Source: Bacteroidota bacterium (GTDB taxonomy: Bacteria; Bacteroidota; Bacteroidia; UKL13-3). From it: a stretch of DNA of 64,000 nucleotides. The position numbers were made by a program, and so were the translations under genes. Shown piece by piece: positions 10,836-20,072 of this stretch (positions are counted from its first letter, which is position 1; the number at the start of each line of letters is the position of its first letter). The notes under the pieces were generated by a model, which had not been told where the DNA came from, did no database searches, and was given only the letters and a program-made list of their open reading frames with translations. Location of the stretch: the NCBI GenBank assembly GCA_030680835.1, contig JAUXUD010000033.1, forward strand, positions 19,572 through 83,571. The letters are read 5' to 3'.

Positions 10836-11426
10836 ATGAAAAAAGGAACAATTATTCTTTTAGCAGTAGTAGGTGTTTTATTATTGCTGGCGTTCAATGG
10901 TTGTGGTGGTTACAATAACATGGTTTCAAAACAGGAAGCAGTTAGCTCTTCGTGGGCACAGGTAGAAAACGTATACCAAAGACGTTCTGACCTGATACCC
11001 AACCTGGTTGCCACAGTTAAGGGAGTTGCAAATTTTGAACAAAAAACATTAACCGATGTAATTCAGGCGCGTGCAAATGCTTCCCAAATTAAAGTAGATG
11101 CCAGCAAACTAAATCCTGAGCAAATTCAAAAGTTTCAGGCTTCGCAAGGAGAACTGAGCCAGGCTTTGGGCCGTTTAATGGTTGTAGCCGAGCAATATCC
11201 ACAGTTAAAAGCTACACAGAATTTTCTGGAATTACAATCACAACTGGAAGGTACTGAGAACCGCATTACAGTTGAACGTCAGAAATTTAACGATATCGTG
11301 AAAGACTATAATGCGTATATCAGAAAATTCCCACAAGTACTTTATGCAGGAATATTCGGCTTTGAGAAAAAAGGTTATTTTGAAGCAACTGCGGGTTCTG
11401 ATAAGGCACCTGAAGTTAAATTTTAA
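10836..11426 (+). CDS. lemA: LemA family protein
   Basis: YQRRSDLIPNLV, EQYPQLKA, LEGTENRI. Confidence 0.93.
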   Translation: MKKGTIILLAVVGVLLLLAFNGCGGYNNMVSKQEAVSSSWAQVENVYQRRSDLIPNLVATVKGVANFEQKTLTDVIQARANASQIKVDASKLNPEQIQKFQASQGELSQALGRLMVVAEQYPQLKATQNFLELQSQLEGTENRITVERQKFNDIVKDYNAYIRKFPQVLYAGIFGFEKKGYFEATAGSDKAPEVKF

Positions 11427-11439
11427 TATTGTCAATATT

Positions 11440-11472
11440 GCAGAGACGTAATGTTCACGTCTCTGCTTTTTT
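11440..11472 (+). terminator. Hairpin with U-tract between lemA and the TPM genes (REP-related)
   Basis: GCAGAGACGT-7 nt-ACGTCTCTGC followed by a T run. Confidence 0.55.
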
Positions 11473-11505
11473 ATTTCGATACAGGTTTCCGAAATTACAA
11501 ATCGC

Positions 11506-11952
11506 ATGTCAAAAGATTTATTTTCTGTTGAGGACCAGGCCCAAATTATAGAAGCCATAAAATTGGCGGAAATGCAAACCTCGGGTGAGATCAGGGTACA
11601 TATTGAGCCCAATTGCAAAGGTGAACCGATGGACAGGGCATTGGAGGTTTTTGCCGAATTGAATATGCACTCAACTGCACTTAAAAACGGAGTTTTGATT
11701 TATCTGGCAACAGCCGACAAAAAATTTGCCATTATTGGAGATAAAGGCATTCATGAAAAGGTGCACGATTCATTTTGGAATGAGGAAAAAGAATTGTTAA
11801 AAGAACATTTTTCAAAAGGTGAATTTACCTTGGGATTGACAAAAGCAATTTATAAAGTTGGAGAAAAATTAAAGTTGCATTTCCTCTATCAGTCTGATGA
11901 TACCGACGAATTAAGCAATGATATTTCTTTTGGAGGGAAAGCTGATGCGTAA
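11506..11952 (+). CDS. TPM domain protein
   Basis: AEMQTSGEIRVHIE, NGVLIYLA, IIGDKGI; typical lemA neighbour. Confidence 0.88.
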   Translation: MSKDLFSVEDQAQIIEAIKLAEMQTSGEIRVHIEPNCKGEPMDRALEVFAELNMHSTALKNGVLIYLATADKKFAIIGDKGIHEKVHDSFWNEEKELLKEHFSKGEFTLGLTKAIYKVGEKLKLHFLYQSDDTDELSNDISFGGKADA

Positions 11953-12685
11953 ACTATTCTTACTGTTATTAACCGTTTTTACGGTTCTGAATGCTTCTGC
12001 CAAAGAACTGCCTGCAGCACCCAATCCCCCTAAGCTTGTAAATGATTTTACAGGCACGTTATCTGCACAGGAAATCCAGATGCTTGAGTCAAAATTATTG
12101 GCTTACAGTGATTCAACCTCAACCCAGATTGCAATTGTAATTGAAAGCAGTTTGGAAGGCGAAGTTGCTTTTGACTATAGTCAGCGTTTGGCCCAGAGCT
12201 GGCAAATTGGACAAAAAGGAAAAAACAATGGTCTGCTTATTTACATTGCCATTGATGACCATAAAATTTGGATTCAGAGCGGTTATGGTATGGAGGGGAC
12301 TATTACGGATGCATTATCAAAACGTATTATTGAAGAAAACATAAAACCGTATTTCAAACAAAAACAATACTATCAGGGATTGGATGAAGCCACAGGCATT
12401 ATTATGAGGGCGGCTTCGGGTGAATACATTAACGACCAGCCCCGTAAAAAAGGCAAAAAGGACACTTCAATCGGGACCATCATTTTTTTTATTATCATTG
12501 TTGTAATTGTAGGTTTGTTCAGCAATAAGGGAGGCGGAAGAGGGCGACGCGTTCATGGAGGAATGAGTCCGTTTTTCGGTACATTTGGCAGTGGTGGATT
12601 TAGCAGCGGCGGCGGTGGCGGAGGTGGATTTGGCGGCTTTGGCGGGGGTGGATTTGGCGGTGGCGGTGCAGGAGGCAGCTGGTAA
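11945..12685 (+). CDS. TPM domain membrane protein with Gly-rich tail (YgcG-like)
   Basis: Signal peptide, VNDFTGTLS, WQIGQKGKNNGLL, GYGMEG, GGGGFGGGGAGGSW. Confidence 0.9.
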   Translation: MRKLFLLLLTVFTVLNASAKELPAAPNPPKLVNDFTGTLSAQEIQMLESKLLAYSDSTSTQIAIVIESSLEGEVAFDYSQRLAQSWQIGQKGKNNGLLIYIAIDDHKIWIQSGYGMEGTITDALSKRIIEENIKPYFKQKQYYQGLDEATGIIMRAASGEYINDQPRKKGKKDTSIGTIIFFIIIVVIVGLFSNKGGGRGRRVHGGMSPFFGTFGSGGFSSGGGGGGGFGGFGGGGFGGGGAGGSW

Positions 12686-12695
12686 AGAGTCTGGC

Positions 12696-13988
12696 TTATT
12701 TATGTTCCGCTTTCAGGTAAGCTCTCAGAAATTCATTCGGCTTCAACCCATATTTTATTACGAGCCTTCTTTTGTTAAGCCATAAACTTTGCGGCACACT
12801 GTTTATTCCCATCTTTATACTCAATTCTTTTCCTCCGTATGCCAGTAAATAATTGGGCTTTGCATCGGTTCCAAAAATCCTTAACTCGTAACTCTTGTTT
12901 ACATACAAAACGCAGATTACTTTTAATTTATTGGTATCCAAATCTGCAATCTGCCTTAACAATAAAGTGTCTGATTTAAAATTTTTGCTGGTTTTGCTCC
13001 CGAAATAAATATACACCTGCTTTCTGCGGTATTTGTTCAGTTTAAATTTTTCACCCCTGGCCAAAGTAAATTTAATTTTTGGAACCTTTTTCCCCACTTT
13101 AATCCGCCCAAATTGAACCTCATCATTACTGGCTTTTATCTTAATAAATTTACCAAAAGGATCGGCTTCAATGATTTGGTATAACCTGCCGTTCTTCTCA
13201 AAATAATTATTCTTGCCTTTTTTATTGAATACAACAAAATTTAAAGGGTTGGTAGCATCCAATACCGTGTCATTTGTGTTCACAAAAATTACCTTATCGG
13301 TATCTGCATCATTATATAATCCATTTGAATTTGCATCATAAAGTGCAATTTTAAACGACTCTTCATTAAGTTTTACATGACCCACCCGTGCGATATATCT
13401 TTGTTCCCGGTAAGTATATTCAAGTCCTACAAATTTACGGCCTTTATACACCATGTGATAATACTCATCCATTTGCTTTTTAAATTCAAACTTTTGACCA
13501 AAAAGCCTATTTCTTGAAAGCACTACTTTAATTTTACCTTCCGGAAAACTGATATTTGAAAATTCAATTTCTACTCCGGGTTCATCAAAGTACGGGAGAC
13601 TATATTTAGGGTCATCGGTAAAATCGAAGTTTTGGTTAAAATCAATATAAAGCTGCGGTTGTTTGTGGTAGGGATTACAAACCAATACAGTTACATAACC
13701 GGGATTAAATTGGTTTTTGGAGCCGGTAAAAAAAATATTCCCATAGGTATAGTCTTTATAACCATGAGGTTTTTTTATAATAATGGGTAAGGCAGGCCGG
13801 GTCCCTTCAAAATCCATACTCAGAATAGTATCTTTTTGTACATGAAAAAGAGGTAAAGTAATCTGGTATTTGTCAAAGCGGTCGTCTTTGGCATAATTTA
13901 ATAAAGGTATAGTTAAAACACTATCGGTTTGAGCCAACAGGTGTATTGAAAAAAAAATGAATCCAATAATCAGGAATGCTTTTTTCAT
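12696..13988 (-). CDS. Secreted protein with Dx[DN]xDG-like loops and a Cys-less thioredoxin-like C-terminus
   Basis: Signal peptide from ATG 13988; LYIDFNQNFDFTDD, LYDANSNGLYND; C-terminal VGKKVPKIKF...GINSVPQSLWLN. Confidence 0.65.
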   Translation of the reverse strand: MKKAFLIIGFIFFSIHLLAQTDSVLTIPLLNYAKDDRFDKYQITLPLFHVQKDTILSMDFEGTRPALPIIIKKPHGYKDYTYGNIFFTGSKNQFNPGYVTVLVCNPYHKQPQLYIDFNQNFDFTDDPKYSLPYFDEPGVEIEFSNISFPEGKIKVVLSRNRLFGQKFEFKKQMDEYYHMVYKGRKFVGLEYTYREQRYIARVGHVKLNEESFKIALYDANSNGLYNDADTDKVIFVNTNDTVLDATNPLNFVVFNKKGKNNYFEKNGRLYQIIEADPFGKFIKIKASNDEVQFGRIKVGKKVPKIKFTLARGEKFKLNKYRRKQVYIYFGSKTSKNFKSDTLLLRQIADLDTNKLKVICVLYVNKSYELRIFGTDAKPNYLLAYGGKELSIKMGINSVPQSLWLNKRRLVIKYGLKPNEFLRAYLKAEHK

Positions 13989-13994
13989 AAAAAT

Positions 13995-14031
13995 AAAAAA
14001 ATCCCGGTGCATAAAACCGACCGGGATTTTT
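13995..14031 (-). terminator. Intrinsic terminator after ahpC
   Basis: AAAAAAATCCCGGT...ACCGGGATTTTT hairpin. Confidence 0.65.
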
Positions 14032-14046
14032 AATGTATAATGATGG

Positions 14047-14691
14047 TTAATGTGTACCCAGATAATGTGCAACTCCTTCGGCTGTTGCCGACATGGCTTC
14101 TTTTCCCTTTTCCCAGTTTGCAGGGCACACTTCGCCTTTGTCTTCGTAAAACTGCAAAGCATCAATCATGCGCAAAGCCTCGTCAATATTTCTTCCCAGA
14201 GGCATATCATTCACAACCTGATGACGAACGATTCCTTCTTTATCGATCAGAAACAAACCGCGATATGCCACTGCATTTTCTCCCAAATCGCCAATCCAAA
14301 TGAGCTCGTTTGATTCGTTATAATCATAACGGCCGGCCAAAACGCCAAAGTTTGTTGCAATGGTTTTATTTACATCGGCAACCATCGGATAGGCTACACC
14401 CTGTATGCCTCCGTCGTTTTTAGGCGTATTTAACCACGCCCAGTGCGAAAATTTACTATCGATGGAACAGGCAACTACCTGAACATTTCTTGCTTCAAAA
14501 TCGGCAATACGATCCTGAAATGCGATGATTTCTGTTGGACATACAAAGGTAAAATCCAATGGATAAAAATAGAACAATACATGCTTTTTGCCTATGTACT
14601 GATTTAAAGAAAAGTTCTCTTCAAACTCACCACCGTTTACCACGGCGTCAGCGCTGAACAGAGGCGCTTTTTTTCCTACTAACATTGTCAT
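14047..14691 (-). CDS. ahpC: Typical 2-Cys peroxiredoxin
   Basis: FYPLDFTFVCPTE and GEVCPANW; start set at ATG 14691. Confidence 0.93.
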   Translation of the reverse strand: MTMLVGKKAPLFSADAVVNGGEFEENFSLNQYIGKKHVLFYFYPLDFTFVCPTEIIAFQDRIADFEARNVQVVACSIDSKFSHWAWLNTPKNDGGIQGVAYPMVADVNKTIATNFGVLAGRYDYNESNELIWIGDLGENAVAYRGLFLIDKEGIVRHQVVNDMPLGRNIDEALRMIDALQFYEDKGEVCPANWEKGKEAMSATAEGVAHYLGTH

Positions 14692-14820
14692 ACTGATAAT
14701 TTTTATTTTTTTAAATTTTTGTTTTTTTAGAGCCAGGCTCTGCAACATTTATAATTTGAACCTGTGAAATTAATTATTTTAAGGTCAATAACACAAATAG
14801 AGTCAAGAATCATGATAATT

Positions 14821-16041
14821 TTATGTTTTAAATAAAATACTGCTATCTCCAAAGCTTAAAAACCTGTAGCTGTTCCCGAGTGCATGGGCATATATTTGAG
14901 TCCAGTCATTTCCTGCCCATGCAGCAATCAGAAGCAACAAAGTGCTGTTGGGTTGATGAAAATTAGTAATTAATATATCTGAAACTTTAAAATCATATCC
15001 GGGGGCAATTAAAATTTGAGTTTGTCCGGTTAGTTCCTGTTTTTCGTTTTCAATCAGGTTAATGATCACAGCATTAAATGCATCAATAGCTAAATAGTTA
15101 CCGGGTAACTGGTAAACCTCCCATTGTTTTAATTGCAGTATGGGTTCAGTTTGTATTTTGCTTAGCAATTTTACGCCATGCCAGTATATGCTTTCCAGTG
15201 TTCTTAATGATGTAGTTCCTACCGGAATAACTTTTCTCTTTTTCTCTAAAGCTTTTTTAATATTAACGAGTGTTTCAATACTTACAAAAACAGTTTCACT
15301 ATGCATTTCATGGTGTTCCAAAATTTGAGATTTCACGGGTTTAAATGTACCCGCTCCCACATGAAGTGTAAGTCCGGTTGACTTGATTTTTTTCATTTTG
15401 AGTTGTTCAAGAACCGTATCGGTAAAGTGCAAACCTGCCGTGGGGGAAGCCACTGAACCTTCTTTTTTTGCAAATATAGTTTGATAATTGATTTCGTCAG
15501 CTTCTGTAACATCCCGGTTCAGATAGGGTGGAATTGGTAAAAGCCCTGCTATACTCAATACTTCTGCAAAATGCAGGGTTTCATCATCCCACGAAAAACG
15601 AACCGTAAAATTCTCCTGACTTTGAGCTGTCAACTCAGCGTTTAAAATGAAGGTTTTATCATGAAAGAAAATTTCTTTCTGCAAAATCTCGCCTTTCCAT
15701 CTTTTTGCATTTCCAACCATACAGTTCCAGTTGCAGGTACGGGTTGAACCTAAGGCTTGCTTATAATTGCCCGAAACAGGTTCAAGGCAGAATATTTCTA
15801 TCTGTGTTCCGCTAATTTTTTGAAAGACAATGCGGGCATGAATCACTTTGCTATTGTTAAACACCAATAGCGATTTTTCAGGCAAAATTCGGGGTAAATC
15901 ATAAAAATGTTTATCGCTGATACTGCCATTTTTATATAGTAATAACTTACTTTGGTCGCGTTGATCTAATGGAAACTTTGCAATTTTATCCTCAGGTAAG
16001 TGATAAGAATAATCACTTATTGAAATATTTTTTGGGTTCAT
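14821..16041 (-). CDS. queA: S-adenosylmethionine:tRNA ribosyltransferase-isomerase
   Basis: PIPPYLNR, GSVASPTAGLHF, LHVGAGTF, TNFHQP, YRFLSFGDS. Confidence 0.93.
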   Translation of the reverse strand: MNPKNISISDYSYHLPEDKIAKFPLDQRDQSKLLLYKNGSISDKHFYDLPRILPEKSLLVFNNSKVIHARIVFQKISGTQIEIFCLEPVSGNYKQALGSTRTCNWNCMVGNAKRWKGEILQKEIFFHDKTFILNAELTAQSQENFTVRFSWDDETLHFAEVLSIAGLLPIPPYLNRDVTEADEINYQTIFAKKEGSVASPTAGLHFTDTVLEQLKMKKIKSTGLTLHVGAGTFKPVKSQILEHHEMHSETVFVSIETLVNIKKALEKKRKVIPVGTTSLRTLESIYWHGVKLLSKIQTEPILQLKQWEVYQLPGNYLAIDAFNAVIINLIENEKQELTGQTQILIAPGYDFKVSDILITNFHQPNSTLLLLIAAWAGNDWTQIYAHALGNSYRFLSFGDSSILFKT

Positions 16042-16097
16042 TTTATTCAGGCTTGCGTAAATTAGTAAAGGTTTTTGTTTTATCTGAATAATAAGGA

Positions 16098-16877
16098 TTA
16101 ATAACCTTTAAAATCGGGTTTTCTTTTTTCAACAAAGGCCTTCATTCCTTCTTTTTGGTCTTCACTCGCAAAGCACAAATAAAAATTTTTGCGTTCAAAA
16201 TGCAAGCCTTCCTGCAGGCTGCATTCATAAGTTTTTAAAACAGATTCTTTCGCCAATCGAACCGCTATGGGACTCATAAGGGCAATTTCGCCGGCCAGTT
16301 TTACTGCTTCATCCAAATAAACTTCATCGGGAACCACTTTATTTACCAAACCTGCTTTTTGAGCTCCTTCGGCCGATAAAAATCTTCCGGTTAAAACCAT
16401 TTCCATAGCCAAAGCCTTGCCCACGGCTCTTGTTAGACGTTGTGTACCGCCGGCTCCCGGCATAATACCTAGTTTTATCTCAGGCTGACCAAATTTTGCG
16501 CTTTCTGAGGCAATAATCATATCACAGGTCATTGCGAGTTCGCAGCCACCACCCAGGCAAAAGCCCGAAACGGCTGCAATGATCGGTTTTTTTGTTTTTC
16601 TAATCTGGTCCCAGGTTTCAAACTGATCAATTTTAAGCAAATCAACCGGTGTACGGCTTTCCATCTGTTTAATATCAGCACCTGCCGCAAAAGCCTGTTC
16701 ATTGCCCGTAATAATAATGCAGCGAACCGATTCATTTTCATCCAAAGCGGATAATGCCTGCTTCAATTCAAGCATCAATTGCAAGTTTAGCGCATTCAAT
16801 TCCTTGGGTCGGTACAGGCGAACCAAAGCAATATGAGGTTGAAAATCAGGTTCAACAATTATAAATTGAAATTCCAT
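16098..16877 (-). CDS. Enoyl-CoA hydratase (crotonase family, PaaF-like)
   Basis: AFAAGADIK, GGGCELAM, FGQPEIKLGIMPGAGGTQRL. Confidence 0.92.
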   Translation of the reverse strand: MEFQFIIVEPDFQPHIALVRLYRPKELNALNLQLMLELKQALSALDENESVRCIIITGNEQAFAAGADIKQMESRTPVDLLKIDQFETWDQIRKTKKPIIAAVSGFCLGGGCELAMTCDMIIASESAKFGQPEIKLGIMPGAGGTQRLTRAVGKALAMEMVLTGRFLSAEGAQKAGLVNKVVPDEVYLDEAVKLAGEIALMSPIAVRLAKESVLKTYECSLQEGLHFERKNFYLCFASEDQKEGMKAFVEKRKPDFKGY

Positions 16878-17119
16878 TTCATAAAATTAAGTAAGCGCAA
16901 AAAACGCAAAATATTACAAACTTTACAATTTAGTTCAGTTTAATCATGTGAACCGGACTTTATTCATTAGATTCGCAGGGTGAATGCAGCATTTCTATAT
17001 TTATTCAAATCGAAGAAATTGCCCGGATAACCAATAAATTTTGAAAACTTTCCATAATACTGTTGCTATTTACAAAATAAAACAAGATATTTGCAGTCCT
17101 TTTTGAAGAAAATAACGTC

Positions 17120-17350
17120 ATGAGAGTATGTGATTTAACCGGCAAGCGTCCGATGGTAGGTAATAATGTGTCCCACTCTAACAGGAGGACCAAAAGACGC
17201 TTTTACCCAAATTTACAGGAAAAGAAATTCTTTATACCTGAAGAAAACAGATGGATTACCCTGAAGGTTTCCACCAAGGCTATTAAAACAATCAATAAAA
17301 AGGGTATCGCAGCCGTTTTAACTGATTATGTACGTAACGGAAAAATATAA
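17120..17350 (+). CDS. rpmB: 50S ribosomal protein L28
   Basis: [33 protein letters not shown]. Confidence 0.97.
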   Translation: MRVCDLTGKRPMVGNNVSHSNRRTKRRFYPNLQEKKFFIPEENRWITLKVSTKAIKTINKKGIAAVLTDYVRNGKI

Positions 17351-17365
17351 TTAGGAGGAAAAGAA

Positions 17366-17548
17366 ATGGCAAGAAAAGGCAATCGTATACAGGTAATTTT
17401 AGAGTGTACCGAACATAAGAATACTGATAAACCGGGTACATCCAGGTATATTACTACTAAAAATCGTAAAAATACAACCGAAAGAATCGAGTTAAAAAAA
17501 TACAACCCGGTTTTGAAAAAGGTAACTGTTCATAAAGAAATTAAATAA
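17366..17548 (+). CDS. rpmG: 50S ribosomal protein L33
   Basis: [11 protein letters not shown]...[23 protein letters not shown]. Confidence 0.97.
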   Translation: MARKGNRIQVILECTEHKNTDKPGTSRYITTKNRKNTTERIELKKYNPVLKKVTVHKEIK

Positions 17549-17554
17549 TTAACC

Positions 17555-17707
17555 ATGGCTAAGAAAGTAGTTGCAACATTAAAAACTGCGCAAGGCAAAG
17601 ACTTTGCAAAAGTTTACAGAGCTGTTAAAACCGAAAAAGGTTCATATTCGTTCAAATCGGAAATTGTTCCAAACGAATTCATAAAAAGTTACTTTTCAAA
17701 AAAGTAA
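17555..17707 (+). CDS. DUF4295 small protein (50 aa)
   Basis: Below the ORF-track cutoff: MAKKVVATLKTAQGKDFAKVYRAVKTEKGSYSFKSEIV...; usual position between rpmG and ftsY in Bacteroidota. Confidence 0.9.
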   Translation: MAKKVVATLKTAQGKDFAKVYRAVKTEKGSYSFKSEIVPNEFIKSYFSKK

Positions 17708-17730
17708 TTTTAATTAATAATGATCGAATT

Positions 17731-17764
17731 AAAAGCATTCTGTTACAAGCAGAGTGCTTTTTTT
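17731..17764 (+). terminator. Intrinsic terminator
   Basis: AAAAGCATTCTG-loop-CAGAGTGCTTTTTTT. Confidence 0.65.
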
Positions 17765-17786
17765 GTTTAATAATAAAAGTCTCTTT

Positions 17787-18740
17787 ATGGGAATCTTTAG
17801 TTTTTTTAGCAAGGAAAAAAAGGAAAAGCTTGACCAGGGTTTAGAAAAAACCAAAAGCGGTTTATTTGATAAAATAAGCAAGGCAATGCTTGGCAAAAGT
17901 GTTGTGGATGATTATTTTTTGGATGAACTTGAGGAGATTCTGGTAGGCAGTGATGTGGGGATTGAAACTACATTAAAAATTATTGGGCGTTTGCAACAGC
18001 GTGTTGCAAAAGATAAATATATTGGAATAAGCGAACTGAACGCGGTTTTGCGAAATGAAATTATCAAATTACTGGAAGAGAATACTTCCGGAATTCTATC
18101 TTCATTTGATGACCTGGCAGGTAAGAAACCCTATGTGATTATGGTAGTTGGCGTAAACGGAGTGGGCAAAACAACTACCATTGGTAAAATGGCTAATCAA
18201 TATAAAAAAGCAGGCAAAAAAGTTGTACTGGGCGCAGCCGATACATTTAGGGCTGCGGCAGTTGAGCAGCTTAAAATATGGGGAAGCAGAAACGATGTTC
18301 AGGTAATTGCTCACGGAATGAACACAGATCCGGCTTCGGTTGCCTTTGATACGGTTAAACAGGCTGTAGAACTCAATGCCGATGTGGTAATTATAGATAC
18401 TGCCGGCAGATTGCATAACAAGATTGGTTTAATGAATGAGCTCACCAAAATAAAAAGAGTTATGCAAAAAGTAATTGAAGATGCGCCTCATGAAATTTTA
18501 TTGGTATTGGATGCAAGTACAGGCCAGAATGCGTTTGAACAGGCCAAACATTTTACTGCTGCTACAGAAGTGAATGCACTGGCCTTAACCAAACTTGACG
18601 GAACAGCAAAAGGGGGGGTTGTTATCGGGGTTGCCGATCAGTTTAAAATTCCGGTTAAATATATTGGAGTGGGTGAGGGTATTGATGATTTGCAGTTGTT
18701 TGACAAAACCGAATTTGTGGATTCGCTGTTTAAAAAATAA
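17787..18740 (+). CDS. ftsY: Signal recognition particle receptor FtsY
   Basis: GVNGVGKTTTIGK, DTFRAAA, DTAGRLH, TKLDGTAKGG. Confidence 0.97.
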   Translation: MGIFSFFSKEKKEKLDQGLEKTKSGLFDKISKAMLGKSVVDDYFLDELEEILVGSDVGIETTLKIIGRLQQRVAKDKYIGISELNAVLRNEIIKLLEENTSGILSSFDDLAGKKPYVIMVVGVNGVGKTTTIGKMANQYKKAGKKVVLGAADTFRAAAVEQLKIWGSRNDVQVIAHGMNTDPASVAFDTVKQAVELNADVVIIDTAGRLHNKIGLMNELTKIKRVMQKVIEDAPHEILLVLDASTGQNAFEQAKHFTAATEVNALALTKLDGTAKGGVVIGVADQFKIPVKYIGVGEGIDDLQLFDKTEFVDSLFKK

Positions 18741-18745
18741 AAAGA

Positions 18746-20059
18746 TTGAAAACAAAAACGCTTAAAAAAGATAAAGTAAACATCATTACTTTAGGTTGCT
18801 CAAAAAACATTGTTGACAGTGAAGTTTTATATGGTCAGTTAAAGGCAAGTGATATTGAAGTGACACATGAAGCGACAGGAGATGATGCCAATATTGTAAT
18901 CATCAATACATGTGGTTTTATAGATAATGCCAAAGAGGAAAGCATCAACACGATTATTCGCTGGGCCGAAGCCAAGCAAGCAGGCATCATCGAAAAACTT
19001 TATGTAACCGGTTGCCTTTCGCAACGTTATATGCCCGAGCTGCAAAAGGAAATTCCCGAAGTAGATAAATATTTTGGCACCACCCATCTACCTCAGTTGT
19101 TAAAAACAATTGGTGCAGATTACAAACACGAGTTAATTGGGGAACGCATAATTACTACTCCAAGTCATTATGCATACTTAAAAATTTCGGAAGGTTGCGA
19201 CCGGCCCTGTTCATTTTGTGCCATTCCGATTATGCGTGGGAAACATATTTCAAAATCGTTTGAACAAATTGAAACGGAAGTAAAAAGCCTGGTAAAACAA
19301 GGTACCAAAGAGTTTTTGTTAATTGCCCAGGACAGTACATTTTATGGTTTGGATTTATATGGTGAACGCAAGTTAGCAGAATTGCTACAACGCATTTCAG
19401 ATATTCCCGGGGTTGAATGGATTCGTTTGCATTATGCTTATCCCTCTCAATTTCCAATGGATGCTTTGGATGTGATGGCTGAAAGAAAAAATATATGTAA
19501 TTATATTGATATTCCATTGCAGCATGTGAGTGATAATATGCTGAAGATTATGCGCAGGGGAATCACGCGCCAAAGAACAGAAGAATTGGTTCAAACCATT
19601 CGGGAAAAGGTGCCGGGTATATCAATCAGAACCACACTGATTGCAGGCCATCCGGGTGAAACGGAGCAGGACTTTTTGGACTTATGTGATTTTGTTCGCA
19701 GAAACCGGTTCGACCGTTTGGGAATTTTTACTTATAGTCATGAAGAAGGAACGTATGCAGGCACACTCCCGGATGATGTACCTCAGGAAATAAAGGAAGA
19801 AAGAGCCGCCATCATTATGGAAATTCAACAGGAAATTTCAACTGAGCTCAACAAGTTAAAAGTGGGAAAAGTTATGCGGGTATTGTTTGACCGGAAAGAA
19901 GGAGGATTTTATATTGGCAGAACAGAATTTGACAGTGTGGAAGTTGATAATGAGGTTTTGGTTGATGCAAAAACAAATTTTGTGAGAATCGGTGATTTTG
20001 CCAATGTACTGATAGAATCTGCCGAAGATTTTGATTTATATGGAAAGGTAATATCTTAA
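18746..20059 (+). CDS. rimO: Ribosomal protein S12 methylthiotransferase
   Basis: LGCSKNIVDSE, NTCGFI, radical-SAM CDRPCSFC, C-terminal TRAM domain; TTG start. Confidence 0.95.
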   Translation: MKTKTLKKDKVNIITLGCSKNIVDSEVLYGQLKASDIEVTHEATGDDANIVIINTCGFIDNAKEESINTIIRWAEAKQAGIIEKLYVTGCLSQRYMPELQKEIPEVDKYFGTTHLPQLLKTIGADYKHELIGERIITTPSHYAYLKISEGCDRPCSFCAIPIMRGKHISKSFEQIETEVKSLVKQGTKEFLLIAQDSTFYGLDLYGERKLAELLQRISDIPGVEWIRLHYAYPSQFPMDALDVMAERKNICNYIDIPLQHVSDNMLKIMRRGITRQRTEELVQTIREKVPGISIRTTLIAGHPGETEQDFLDLCDFVRRNRFDRLGIFTYSHEEGTYAGTLPDDVPQEIKEERAAIIMEIQQEISTELNKLKVGKVMRVLFDRKEGGFYIGRTEFDSVEVDNEVLVDAKTNFVRIGDFANVLIESAEDFDLYGKVIS

Positions 20060-20072
20060 TTTAATTAATAAG

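Noticed and set aside
12585-12685. GGC/GGT-rich repeat
   Set aside because: Encodes the normal Gly-rich tail of TPM-domain proteins.
13989-14165. Long N-terminal extensions in the ORF track (also 2699, 39812, 42615, 43271, 52524, 52732)
   Set aside because: They overlap neighbouring genes, terminators or repeats; downstream starts give proper signal peptides or family N-termini.
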